Part shown: in pieces, positions 1 through 9,749 of the stretch
Layout of the letters: each line of letters starts with the position of its first letter
Numbering within the stretch: the first letter of the stretch is position 1
NCBI GenBank assembly: GCA_965197905.1
Contig: CBDAOB010000005.1
Coordinates: 1,664,001 to 1,728,000 of the forward strand
Source: Candidatus Latescibacterota bacterium
Lineage (GTDB): Bacteria > Latescibacterota > UBA2968 > UBA8231
DNA length: 64,000 nucleotides
Direction: 5' to 3'
Made by a program: the position numbers and the translations under genes
Notes under the pieces: model-generated
Databases searched by the model: none
The model's input: only the letters and a program-made list of their open reading frames with translations
Told to the model about the DNA's origin: nothing

Positions 1-666
1 ATCCATGATCCGCCGCACCGCGTTGTAGGCCCCGTTCTCGTCCGTGACCAGCGTCGCCGCTTCGGGGTCGATGGCGCGTTTGATAAAGGAAAGCACGCCC
101 TTAGCGGAGAGATCGTCGGCGACTTCGGCCACAACCTTTCCTGAACGCTCCACAGCGCCGATTACAGCGGTCTTGCGCGTTCCCCGTCCTCTGTGGGGGT
201 TGGGCTTATCGTCGTCGCGCCTGTTGGGCTTCCTGGGCCGCCCGCCGACAAACGTTTCGTCGGCTTCGATCAAGCCGCTTAACCTGATTCTTCCCTGCTT
301 GGTAGCCATTTCAGCCCGGATGCGCTGTTGCATGTACCAGGCGGACCGCTGATTCAGGTTTAAGTCACGCCCGAGCTGGCAACTGGACAGGCTTTTCTTG
401 GCGTTCACGATCAAGGCGATCGCACAAAACCACTTCTGCAAGGGAAGATGCGTCCCCTGAAACATCGTCTTGGACAAAACGTTGAAACTGGTTCCGCAGG
501 CGTGGCAGTTCCAGCGCCCGATTCTATTCCCTTGCTTCTTGCGGGCGCATTCCCCGACCGTGCCACACAAGGGACAAAAGGGCTCATCGCCGAAGCGTAT
601 CCGCTCCAAATGAGCAATGCAGGATTCCTGCGTCGGAAATCTTTCTGTCACGGTTATCAAGTTCAT
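1..666 (-). mobile_element. IS1595-family (ISXO2-like) transposase, 3' end beyond window edge
   Basis: Manual translation from ATG at 666 (not in ORF track): MNLITVTERFPTQESCIAHLERIRFGDEPFCPLCG...WNCHACG...TMFQGTHLPLQKWF...IEADETFVGG...LVTDENGAY. This gives a Zn-ribbon, an HTH and the DDE motifs of IS1595. Confidence 0.9.
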
Positions 667-1397
667 GCTCCACGCCCCCTTATTTGTTTGTTTTTACTAT
701 ACTTAAGATACCAAATAAAGGGCTGATTGTCAAGGCCAAAAATGCTAATTGCGATTTTTTTTAGTCGCTGATGAGCTCGGTGCCCACGATCTTCCGCGAA
801 CTCGAGATCCTGTTCCATGCGGGCTAACTCAGCCGTCTTGGCCTCGATCTCTTCTCGATATCGGTCAACTCCGTTCGCCCCTGTCTCCCCATCCCCTGCG
901 ACATAGATCGCACCCGAATGGTTTACAGCTTCCAAACACCGCAAGAAAATCGCGGATTGCTCGGCATCTGCGCTGCCTGCTCCAAGTGCTGAGGCCGAGT
1001 CCTGTATCCAGCTCCAATGCTTTCGGTATCTCTCTGCGAAGAGCTGCGCGAATGCCGCGCGCCGCTGCCAGCTCTGGTTACAATCCAGGATCATGAAGTA
1101 CAACACCGCTTTATCGAGCGGTCCCCCAATAGTGACCACCTCGGGTACGGCGTTTTGAAGATCGCCCCAATGGAGCCCAATGCTGTCGCAGGCGCCGACC
1201 TCGAAGGCGAGGGCTTTCTCTTTGAGGCCATACACCTTGCCGTCGTCGAGCAGGATCTTGCCGAGCCACTGGCGAAACTCCGTTAACCCTTCGCCGCTCT
1301 TGATGCGTTTGTCGTGGTCCAGATTTCGCCGGACGCTGCGAAGACTCTGGCTCTCCACCAACTCGCGGAACCTAGGTATCTCTTCCGCGGAGATCAC
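663..1397 (-). pseudogene. Hypothetical protein, C-terminus probably truncated by IS1595 insertion
   Basis: GTG at 1397 overlaps the upstream stop (GTGA). The coiled-coil-like sequence (REEIEAKTAELARMEQDLEFAEDRGHRAHQRLKK) runs abruptly into the AT-rich IS end and promoter. Confidence 0.55.
705..733 (-). promoter_or_regulatory. Sigma70-like promoter of the IS1595 transposase
   Basis: Minus strand reads TTGACA-N17-TATCTT about 40 bp upstream of the transposase ATG. Confidence 0.55.
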
Positions 1398-2857
1398 TCT
1401 GCCGACTCCTTTTCGGATGGAGATCGCAACCGTGCATAATCCGGCAGGTGCGCGGCGACAAAATCTCGTGCGGTGCGTCCGCCGACCAGGTCGTGACCGT
1501 GACGCATGCGCCAAACATTGAATTCCATCAGCAGCTGCTCGGAATCGGTATCGATGCCAGCCCGTCTAGCGTAGGACATTACCAGATGCTCGTATTGCGA
1601 TTTGCTCGGAAAATCGATGAACACCTTCAGGGCGAAGCGGTCATCGAGCGCCCGAAGCTCGTCGTACCGCTCCGCCTGCTGCGCATCGAAAGACGACGGC
1701 CTGATGCCGGTGTCGCGGGGTACGGCGTCCGTTGGGGAAGGATCCATCTGCATGCGCCCCAACCCCGCCATATGCTCCCCCTCGCGATCCACCAGATCCT
1801 TGAAGTTTGACGTGGCGTAAAACACGAGGTTGTCGGGCACCTGCTCCAGAGATCCCTCGAGCACGCTCGACAGGTAGCGAATCGAGGCATCCCCTTTGTT
1901 GAGCGAGATATTGTCCAATACGCCAACGAATTTCTCGGGTCGGCCGCGCACCAACGACAGCAACTCCGGTAGCGCCGAATAGTTCTCCGGGGCGACCTCG
2001 ATCCCACGCAAACCCGCGGTGTAGTATTTGCATATGAGAGCCCGGATCAGCGAAGACTTACCGCAACCGCGGGGACCCCAGATAAGGGTATTTCCGGCTC
2101 TGTGGCCCTCGACGAGGTTGCGGGTGTTGCGGTCGATCAGCTCTATTCGCTGGCGATTTCCTTCCAACCAATCCAATGGGAACACCGCGAAATCGGCAAC
2201 AGGGTCCAATGCGGCGCGCCCACCGCTTTTCCGCAGCACGAAAGCTGGCGCCCCCCGGAAGATACCCCGCCCGTTTTCCCGGACATGGTCCGCCAATGGC
2301 CGCACCATCGACGACCAGTCAGCTGCATGGAGAAATTTCATTGTCAAGGAATCAAGCCTTGGGCGGTAGTCCCATGGCTCGGCCGATGATTCGCTTCCAG
2401 TGCAAGCGACGGCTACCGCTTCCGATCCAAGCCAGTCGCTGTAGTTCGTGGCGGCAAGCCCCTGTAACACCTGGAGGTCCGCAACCATAAGCTTGGTCAG
2501 GCTGGAGTGAATTCGTTCGCTGGAGGTAAGCTCCGCCGCTTTGAGAAACGGGTGATCGTCCTCGATGATACGGCGGATGAAACGGGCGGCCACAGACTCT
2601 TCCAGGGCACCAGAGGTTGTGGAGCTTTCCGTCGCGACCCACTGCTGCAGCTGTCGCAGCAACTGCTCAGCCTTCTGCTGCAGACGGACCTCTTCTCTTC
2701 CGTCCGCTCGGCGGCGAAACAGCTCCCCGAGGCTGTCCAAGAAGCGTCGGAAAAGATCTCCAAACTCGCCGTCGAGAACACCGCACCACGTGGACAACTC
2801 AGCGATAGACTGGCGCAGCCGTCGAACTTCGATCAAACATTCCAGATCGCTGGCCAC
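1394..2857 (-). CDS. AAA+ ATPase, DUF815-like
   Basis: Walker A NTLIWGPRGCGKSS, degenerate Walker B VGVLDN, and YATSN, ALDDRFAL and GRTARDF segments typical of DUF815. Confidence 0.75.
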   Translation of the reverse strand: MASDLECLIEVRRLRQSIAELSTWCGVLDGEFGDLFRRFLDSLGELFRRRADGREEVRLQQKAEQLLRQLQQWVATESSTTSGALEESVAARFIRRIIEDDHPFLKAAELTSSERIHSSLTKLMVADLQVLQGLAATNYSDWLGSEAVAVACTGSESSAEPWDYRPRLDSLTMKFLHAADWSSMVRPLADHVRENGRGIFRGAPAFVLRKSGGRAALDPVADFAVFPLDWLEGNRQRIELIDRNTRNLVEGHRAGNTLIWGPRGCGKSSLIRALICKYYTAGLRGIEVAPENYSALPELLSLVRGRPEKFVGVLDNISLNKGDASIRYLSSVLEGSLEQVPDNLVFYATSNFKDLVDREGEHMAGLGRMQMDPSPTDAVPRDTGIRPSSFDAQQAERYDELRALDDRFALKVFIDFPSKSQYEHLVMSYARRAGIDTDSEQLLMEFNVWRMRHGHDLVGGRTARDFVAAHLPDYARLRSPSEKESAE

Positions 2858-2871
2858 CTTCGGCCGGATTC

Positions 2872-4782
2872 CTATATCGACTTCCAGACGCCGTCTTTGC
2901 CCCTTTCGACCACGCGCTTCGCGCCCCGTCTCAATTCTGGCATCAACTCGCCCGTGTCGCGATCGCGCTTGACGATGATGTGTCGTGAACCATCCTCCGG
3001 GTCCGGCATGATCTTGTACGGAATGCGCCGCTGGTTGCCGGCGATACGTACCTCGACGCGTCCGATTTGGACGCCGAGGGTCTTCTCATCGTCGCTCAAC
3101 TCCATATCATCCTCGGCGCCCCCACCTTTGGTCGATTTGGTATCCCACTCCTCCGCTGTGGCGCCTTCTTCTCCCTCCTCCTCCTTGGGCCCTTCGCGCT
3201 CGGCCAACACCTTCTTCTCAATGCTCGATATAATGCTTTCCTTGCGCTCACTGATTTCCGATTCCTCGTCGGTGGAGAGATCTGGAAACATTCTGCGCAT
3301 ACGCCGCTCGATGAAATTCTCCGCCTGTTTTCGCGCCTCGGCCACATCGGTTGCGGAACGGAAGAACTCCTCGATAGTCTGCGCGATCTTCATCATGCGC
3401 AATTCCTTGCGAAACCTCGTGCGTTTGACGACGTGGTCTATGAGACTGACGAAACAACGAATGTCGGCTGCGGGGCGAATCCTGGTTATTGGATCGCTCG
3501 AGTTGAGTCGATCGGACATCCCCTCCAGACTCAGGTCGCGCAGATCGTCGATGAATTCCTGTTCGATGATCATGTTGCCAATCTTCTCGAGACCCCGCTT
3601 CATGACGTGGCTGTACGGAGGAAAGCGGACCGAAAGCATGCGGATCTCCTGGTCGGTCCGGGCGCTGACGTCGCAGACCTTCGTGAGCAGGCTATCCCCG
3701 CCGTCGGGTGCCGGCCCCATCAACTCCTCGATCGCCGGACCCATGTCAATTTGAGCATCGAAGCTGGTGGTCACTCGGTGTTTGTGCCGGATAAGAAACT
3801 CCAACGCCAGATCGTAGTCGGTGCTGATCTTTTTCATCGAATCGAACACCTCCAGGTAGGCGACAGCACTGTCAATCGCCTCCTTTACCTTCTTGTCCAG
3901 CTGGTCTCGAAGCTCGCGTTCCAGGATACTGTTGCGCACACGATCAGCTTCCGCCTCGTCGATTTCGCCCCTCTTCAGCCGCTCATCCACTTCGCGGAGA
4001 GCCTTCACCTTCTCGGCTTCGTCAGAAGTGAGCGTACCCTGCTGCACGTAGGCTTCGAGATTCTGCGGTAGCTTCGCCTTTTCGCTTTCCTCGATCTCAG
4101 AACGCACGCGCTCTTGTTGCTGCAAGCGGCGCCCGGCCTCCTGGCGATCTATTTCCCCTTCGGCTATAAGGTCCTTCGCCTCGGGGCTGCTCTCGACCAT
4201 GGCCTCGCCCGGGTCGGGTTCTGGTTCTGGTACGGGTTCGGGCTCCGGCGGTGGAGACGCTTCGAGATCGGGCAGTTCGAAAGTCGGCTTGGGTCGCTGT
4301 TGTGCCGCCAGCTCCCCTCGCCGGTTCTCACTCGATACCACGGCGCCTTTGATCAGGTCCATGGTGTTGTTGGTGTCTAAGTTGACATTGATGTCGTCCA
4401 GCAGATCACGCATGCCCTCGGTTCGACTGAAGCGTCGCAGAGATTTGACCCCGGTTTCCTGAATTCGGGCGGTGTCCCATTTAAGCTGCGAAACGCCTTT
4501 TTCGAACGCATTCTTGACGCAGTTTTGCACCCCTTGAGCCATATAGGTTTGGGGGAACCGCTCGTTGACGTAGTCCACCATGTGGCGGATAGACCGTCTG
4601 TCGCTCTCGCTCGGCGCTCTACCGGTAACCGCGGTGTACTCGCTTTCGAGCGCTTCCTGGAAACGGTCGTTGGTAATCAGGATCTCACCCGATTCGAGAC
4701 GCAGCAGAACGCGAGCCCAGATTTCGGCGCTCACTTCGCTGGGAAGCCCGTCGAAACCAACGGATGGAGGGTGTTCGGACAT
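2872..4782 (-). CDS. Hypothetical acidic helical protein, 636 aa
   Basis: Long ORF with GGAG-like spacing after cysS; Pro/Glu linker PPPEPEPVPEPEPDP; no recognised family. Confidence 0.75.
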   Translation of the reverse strand: MSEHPPSVGFDGLPSEVSAEIWARVLLRLESGEILITNDRFQEALESEYTAVTGRAPSESDRRSIRHMVDYVNERFPQTYMAQGVQNCVKNAFEKGVSQLKWDTARIQETGVKSLRRFSRTEGMRDLLDDINVNLDTNNTMDLIKGAVVSSENRRGELAAQQRPKPTFELPDLEASPPPEPEPVPEPEPDPGEAMVESSPEAKDLIAEGEIDRQEAGRRLQQQERVRSEIEESEKAKLPQNLEAYVQQGTLTSDEAEKVKALREVDERLKRGEIDEAEADRVRNSILERELRDQLDKKVKEAIDSAVAYLEVFDSMKKISTDYDLALEFLIRHKHRVTTSFDAQIDMGPAIEELMGPAPDGGDSLLTKVCDVSARTDQEIRMLSVRFPPYSHVMKRGLEKIGNMIIEQEFIDDLRDLSLEGMSDRLNSSDPITRIRPAADIRCFVSLIDHVVKRTRFRKELRMMKIAQTIEEFFRSATDVAEARKQAENFIERRMRRMFPDLSTDEESEISERKESIISSIEKKVLAEREGPKEEEGEEGATAEEWDTKSTKGGGAEDDMELSDDEKTLGVQIGRVEVRIAGNQRRIPYKIMPDPEDGSRHIIVKRDRDTGELMPELRRGAKRVVERGKDGVWKSI

Positions 4783-4808
4783 AGGAGATTACTTCTCGGC
4801 GATTGAAG

Positions 4809-6251
4809 TCATGTTTGAAAGGCGCTCTCCGGGTCTGAAATCGGGGTTTTCCACGCCCACGTCGTACCTACGGGCGCGTCGCGAAGCTCGATGCCGGCCC
4901 GCGCCAGTTGGTCCCGCAACTCGTCGGAGCGCGACCAGTCTTTACGAGCCCGGGCATCGGCGCGCTGTTCCAGGAGTTCGGCCAAATGCGCGGGCAATTC
5001 GTCCGCCCCCGGGACCTCCTCGTCTAGTTCGTAGAAAATGCCCAGGACATCATTGATCTCATCCAAGTACCCCAATACGGCTTTTGCACCCAAAGTGGAA
5101 ATCGACCGCTCGCTCAACGATTTCTCGGCAGCATTGACCAGCCCGAACACCGATGCCAGCGCTCGCGGAGTATTGAGATCGTCGTCCATGTGGCGCACGA
5201 ACTCCTCTCTTGCCGCGGTTACTTCAGGCTCGAACGTATTACCTGTCTCGCCCTCGCCCACATTGGCCAGCCGCGTTCTCAGATTGGTCAATCGCCGATG
5301 GGCACTGGCACTGGCATTCAGTGCCTCAAGAGTAAAGTTCATCCGGGTGCCGTAGTGGTTGCTTATGAGCAAATAGCGGTACGCCTTGACGCGGTCCGCT
5401 CCATCGGCGATGTCCTGCAGACGATAGAAGTTACCCAGGCTCTTGGACATCTTTTTGTGATCTACCGTGAGAAACTCGTTGTGAAGCCAATAGCTTGCCA
5501 GAGGTTTTCCGGTGGCCCCTTCGCTCTGAGCGATCTCGTTTTGGTGGTGGGGAAAGATCAGATCTATACCACCGGTATGTATGTCGAAGCTTTCGCCCAA
5601 GTATTTCATCGACATGCAGGAACATTCGAGATGCCAGCCTGGCCGGCCTCTTCCAAACGGTGATTCCCACGCAACGCTGCCGTCCTCGTCCACCCAGGCT
5701 TTCCACAAGACGAAATCTCGCGCATTGTCTTTGTCATACTCGTCGCTGTCCACCCTTGCCCCCTGGCGCAACCCGGACAAATCCAAACGGGCGAATTTTC
5801 CGTAGTCGGGAAACGCGCCGATGCGGAAGTAGACCGAGCCGTTGCTCTCGTAGGCCAACCCCTTCGCTGTCAACGCCTGGATCAGCTGGATCATCTCCTG
5901 GACATGGTCGGTGGCCCGGGGATAAACGTCGGCAGGCACGACGTTCAACCGCTTGACATCCTCGAAGAAGAGCTCGGTATATTTGCCTGTGAGATCCCCG
6001 ATCGACTTGCCTTCGGCCCTGACTCGGGCGATGATCCTATCCTCGACGTCTGTAATATTCATTACGTGGTACACGCCAAAACCACGATACCTCAGATATC
6101 GCTTTAGTAGATCGGCCATGACGAACTGTCGGAAGTTGCCGATGTGCGCGTAGTCGTAAACAGTGGGTCCGCAGCTGTAGATTCGGACCCTGTCTGGATC
6201 CGCTGGCTCGAACGGCTCCAGAGCCCGTGTCGCGGTGTTGTAAAATCGCAT
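4809..6251 (-). CDS. cysS: Cysteine--tRNA ligase
   Basis: YSCGPTVYDYAHIGN (HIGH), GRPGWHLECS, DIHTGGIDLIFPHHQNE and KMSKS motifs. Confidence 0.98.
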   Translation of the reverse strand: MRFYNTATRALEPFEPADPDRVRIYSCGPTVYDYAHIGNFRQFVMADLLKRYLRYRGFGVYHVMNITDVEDRIIARVRAEGKSIGDLTGKYTELFFEDVKRLNVVPADVYPRATDHVQEMIQLIQALTAKGLAYESNGSVYFRIGAFPDYGKFARLDLSGLRQGARVDSDEYDKDNARDFVLWKAWVDEDGSVAWESPFGRGRPGWHLECSCMSMKYLGESFDIHTGGIDLIFPHHQNEIAQSEGATGKPLASYWLHNEFLTVDHKKMSKSLGNFYRLQDIADGADRVKAYRYLLISNHYGTRMNFTLEALNASASAHRRLTNLRTRLANVGEGETGNTFEPEVTAAREEFVRHMDDDLNTPRALASVFGLVNAAEKSLSERSISTLGAKAVLGYLDEINDVLGIFYELDEEVPGADELPAHLAELLEQRADARARKDWSRSDELRDQLARAGIELRDAPVGTTWAWKTPISDPESAFQT

Positions 6252-6302
6252 GCCTATTGGCGTATTGTCCTTGCGGGACAGGAAGTTAGACGAGTTTATG
6301 GT

Positions 6303-6331
6303 AAACTAGGACGGACGCTACTACATGTCAA
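6303..6331 (-). promoter_or_regulatory. Sigma70-like promoter for cysS operon
   Basis: Minus strand TTGACA-N17-TAGTTT about 50 bp upstream of cysS. Confidence 0.45.
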
Positions 6332-6416
6332 GCACCCGTCTGCTTGTGACCCGATGATATATGCATTTAATTAGCGCTTTCACGATGTGCACCAACGAAT
6401 CGGAAGGATCGACAGC

Positions 6417-7637
6417 GTGAACAAGATTGCTTTGCACTGGCAGATTTTGGTGGCGGTGGTGGTTGGCGCACTCGCGGGTGGTGTCATCGGCGACACGGTG
6501 CTACACGTCGAGTTCCTGGGAACATTGTTTCTCAAAGCGCTGCGTATGATCATCGTACCGCTCATCGCCACGTCGATCATCACCGGTGTTGCAGGGTTGG
6601 GCGGGGCCGCGGGCTTCGGTCGAATGGGGATCAGGACCCTCCTCTAGTACACGGCGACCAGCCTGTTAGCCATTCTGACAGGATTGCTCCTGGTAAACCT
6701 CCTGAAACCGGGAGTCGGGGTGAATCTGGGATTGGCCCAGGCTCCTGAGAAACTAGCGGAGTCGATGGAGCAGTTCGGAGATTCCCCTTTCGATGCGGTG
6801 GTCCGGCTTCTCCTCGATATAGTTCCAGCCAACCCGTTCGAATCGATGGCGGAGGGCAAGATCCTGCAGATCATCTTCTTCTGCCTCCTCTTCGGCTATT
6901 TCATCACGCGCCTGCCCAAAACGCCTAGGGAGACCTTGACACACTTCTTCGAATCCTGCTTCGAAGTGATGATGCAAGTAACCAACCTCATCATACGTTT
7001 TGCGCCTATCGGAATCTTCGCCTTAGTGAGCAAGACCGTCGCAACCACGGGGTTCGAAGCGCTGGGTGGATTGGGTATCTACGTAATCACCGTATTCGTT
7101 GGCCTCGCCATTCACGCCGTCTTCACGCTGCCGGCTGTCTTGCTGATTGCGGGGAAAGGGAGTCCTCGGCGCCACGCCCAAGCGATGGCACCGGCGCTGT
7201 TGACTGCATTCTCCACAAGTTCGTCCTCTGCGACGTTGCCTTTGACCATGGAGTCGCTCGAGAAAAGAGCCGGTGTGTCCAATCGCACGACCAGCTTCGT
7301 GGCACCTCTGGGTGCTACCGTGAACATGGACGGTACGGCCCTCTACGAGTGCGTGGCGGCTATGTTCATTGCCCAGGCCTACGGCGTTGAGCTCGGCTTC
7401 GCGCAACAGCTGTTGGTGGTGGTAACCGCCCTGCTCGCTTCCATCGGGGCAGCCGGGATACCAATGGCGGGCCTCGTAATGATATCGGTGATTCTTACGG
7501 CGGTGGGATTACCTCTGGAGGGCGTCGGATTGATTCTTGCGGTCGACCGCGTGCTCGACATGTGCCGCACGACCGTGAACGTTTGGAGTGATTCGTGTGG
7601 CGCGGCGGTAGTTGAGCGCCAAATCGGCCCCGCCTGA
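6417..7637 (+). pseudogene. Dicarboxylate/amino acid:cation symporter (GltP/GltPh family) with in-frame TAG at 6645-6647
   Basis: ORFs 6387..6647 and 6684..7637 are in the same frame, reading RTLL*YTATSLLAIL. Family motifs present: FLKALRMIIVPLI, AFSTSSSSATLP, TVNMDGTA, AVDRVLDMCRTTVNVWSD. Confidence 0.85.
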
Positions 7638-7652
7638 TGGAGGACCGGAGAT

Positions 7653-8389
7653 TCAGTCGTCGAGGAGATGTTCTGGCAGGCGTGTTTGATCGTCGATCTC
7701 AGCGGAGTCCAGCTGGCCACGGCTCAATCCGCTACAGCCGAGAAGGTCTGCCCCTTGGAGCTGGGTTTTCTTGAATATGGCCCCCCCATTTTCGCATCTA
7801 GGAGTCGAGCGCCCGTGAGGTCTACGCCACTCAAGTTCGCCCCTTGAAGGTCTGCCCCCTCCAGGTCTCCTTCCCGAAAATCGGCCGCCTCCAGGTTCAC
7901 CATAAAGAGGTTGGCGCTGCGCCCGATGGAATCGGCCAAATTCGCGCCCTGAAGATTTGCCTCCAGCAGATCGGCCTCCCTGAAGTCGGTCTTCTGCAGA
8001 TCGGCCTCCTGCAAATCGGTTTCCCGCAGCTTCGCTTCGATTAGACTGGCCCCCTCCAGCTTCGCCCCTTTCAATCGGGCACGAGTGAGGTTGGCCCGCT
8101 GCAGGTTCGCGTGTCGGAAATCGGATTTGTAGAGATTTGCCAGCTGAAGCTCGGACCCTTGCAGATACGCCTCACGAAAATCGGCGCCGCGCAGATCCGC
8201 CCCCTGCAAATACGCCTCGAGAAGATACCCCTGCCGAAAAACAGCCTTCTCGCCCTCCTCGCCTTTTGTTTCGATCCAGTCCCGATGGAGACTGAGCATC
8301 TCCTCTAATTTATTCGGAGGAAATTCGACACGTGGCTGTTCGGCGGGTGTCTCCTCCGGCTGAGCGTCTCTTTCTGTTTTCTCCGTCAG
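7653..8389 (-). pseudogene. Pentapeptide-repeat protein, frameshifted at a G7 run (7781-7787)
   Basis: A(D/N)LxG-type repeats. After ATG GGG GGG the shifted frame continues AIFKKTQLQGADLLGCSGLSRGQLDSAEIDDQTRLP, matching the tail of the paralog at 46477..47379. N-terminal similarity extends upstream of the ATG at 8299. Confidence 0.75.
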
Positions 8390-8527
8390 GATGCGACTCT
8401 CCGGAAAAAGCGTCGAGGTTGAACGGCCCGTACAGCATCGCGGGCAATCTCATAGGTCGCTATAATACAATAAGTTGAGAGTCTTAACAAGTAGAAAAGC
8501 AGCGTCTAGTCGGGCGCGTCGAGTTGC

Positions 8528-8604
8528 TGGTACCCTCGGCGGGATTCGAACCCACGACCCACAGATTAGGAATCTGTTGCTCTATCCTACTGAGCTACGA
8601 GGGC
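8528..8604 (-). tRNA. tRNA-Arg(CCT)
   Basis: GCCCTCG/CGAGGGT acceptor stem, D-loop AGTAGGATA, anticodon arm ACAGA-TTCCTAA-TCTGT, GGTTCGAATCC T-loop, encoded CCA; 77 nt. Confidence 0.96.
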
Positions 8605-8616
8605 ACTAACTTTGCG

Positions 8617-8817
8617 TCAGCTACTCTTGATGACGTTGGCGGCTATTGGACCCTTTGGCCCTTCTTCCGACTCGAAGGCCACTTCATCGCCCTCGTCCAG
8701 TTCCTGGTCTTCCTGGATATCCGAATAATGCACGAAGATGTCTTCGCCATCCTCAGTATGGATGAATCCGTAACCAAGCCCACGGTTAAACCACTTGACG
8801 AAACCGGACTTTTGCAT
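8617..8817 (-). CDS. csp: Cold-shock protein
   Basis: GFVKWFN, GYGFI (RNP1), DIFVHYS (RNP2), [10 protein letters not shown]. Confidence 0.93.
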   Translation of the reverse strand: MQKSGFVKWFNRGLGYGFIHTEDGEDIFVHYSDIQEDQELDEGDEVAFESEEGPKGPIAANVIKSS

Positions 8818-8967
8818 TTCGGTGCCTCAGTGGTCAGGAGACAGATGACTAGCGGTGGCCTGAGGTTTTTGACGGTCCCGAAAAAATTAGGAGTGTCAAT
8901 CATTTGGGTCAACAATTTGGCGCGCTGAACCAACCTCCGCCCACGAGCGCGTTGGCCAATATACTTG

Positions 8968-8995
8968 TTGACATCGGCTGGATCGGCTGTAACTT
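8968..8995 (+). promoter_or_regulatory. Sigma70-like promoter for act-cta operon
   Basis: TTGACA-N16-TAACTT about 95 bp upstream of actA. Confidence 0.4.
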
Positions 8996-9089
8996 TACAG
9001 CTTCGATTTTCGACGAACTCTTTGGCTGTTGATTCTCCCCCCCTTTTTACGGATCGATCAAGGCCTCCAAGCCACCGCGCAAACAGCGT

Positions 9090-9749
9090 ATGCCGCCGCA
9101 GATATTTCGCCGTAGCATCAATTGGTTTGCCAATTTAACCATCATTGGCACCGTCGTTGTCGTCGGACTTCTGCTGGCTATTCTCCTCAACATCAATCGG
9201 CTCGACTACGTCAGTCAGGTGGGCATGGCCAAAGACCAGCCTGTGCCGTTTAGCCACAAGCACCACGTAACTGGCATGGGTCTCGACTGCCGCTTTTGCC
9301 ACACGACGGTGGAGGAAACAGCGTTTGCCGGCATCCCGCCGACGGAGACTTGCATGAGTTGTCACTCCCAAATCTGGACTGAGGCACCCATTCTCGAGCC
9401 AGTGAGGGCGAGCTTTCGAGATAACACCTCCTTACAGTGGACACGCATCCACGACTTGCCGGATTTTGTCTACTTCAAGCACGACATACATATCAACAAA
9501 GGCATCGGGTGCGAAACCTGTCACGGTCGCATAGACGATATGCCGCTGGCCAGGAAAGCGGAAACGCTGAATATGGAATGGTGTTTGGAGTGCCATCGCG
9601 CTCCTAGCAAGTTCATTCGGCCCCGAGAGGAAGTCTTCAACATGGCCTGGACCCCTCCCGTCGATCAAGAGGCAGCGGGACGGAAACTGGTCCAGAAGTA
9701 CGGCGTTCAGAAGTCGCAACTCACCGATTGCTCAGTGTGCCATCTATGA
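9090..9749 (+). CDS. actA: Alternative complex III pentaheme cytochrome c subunit
   Basis: N-terminal TM helix, QPVPFSHKHH, and five CxxCH motifs (CRFCH, CMSCH, CETCH, CLECH, CSVCH). Confidence 0.95.
   Translation: MPPQIFRRSINWFANLTIIGTVVVVGLLLAILLNINRLDYVSQVGMAKDQPVPFSHKHHVTGMGLDCRFCHTTVEETAFAGIPPTETCMSCHSQIWTEAPILEPVRASFRDNTSLQWTRIHDLPDFVYFKHDIHINKGIGCETCHGRIDDMPLARKAETLNMEWCLECHRAPSKFIRPREEVFNMAWTPPVDQEAAGRKLVQKYGVQKSQLTDCSVCHL

Noticed and set aside
6645..6647. TAG readthrough (pyrrolysine or genetic-code reassignment) in the symporter
   Set aside because: TAG is the normal stop of many intact genes here (actB, actD, sco, ctaC) and no pyl genes are visible; a point change from a Tyr codon is simpler.
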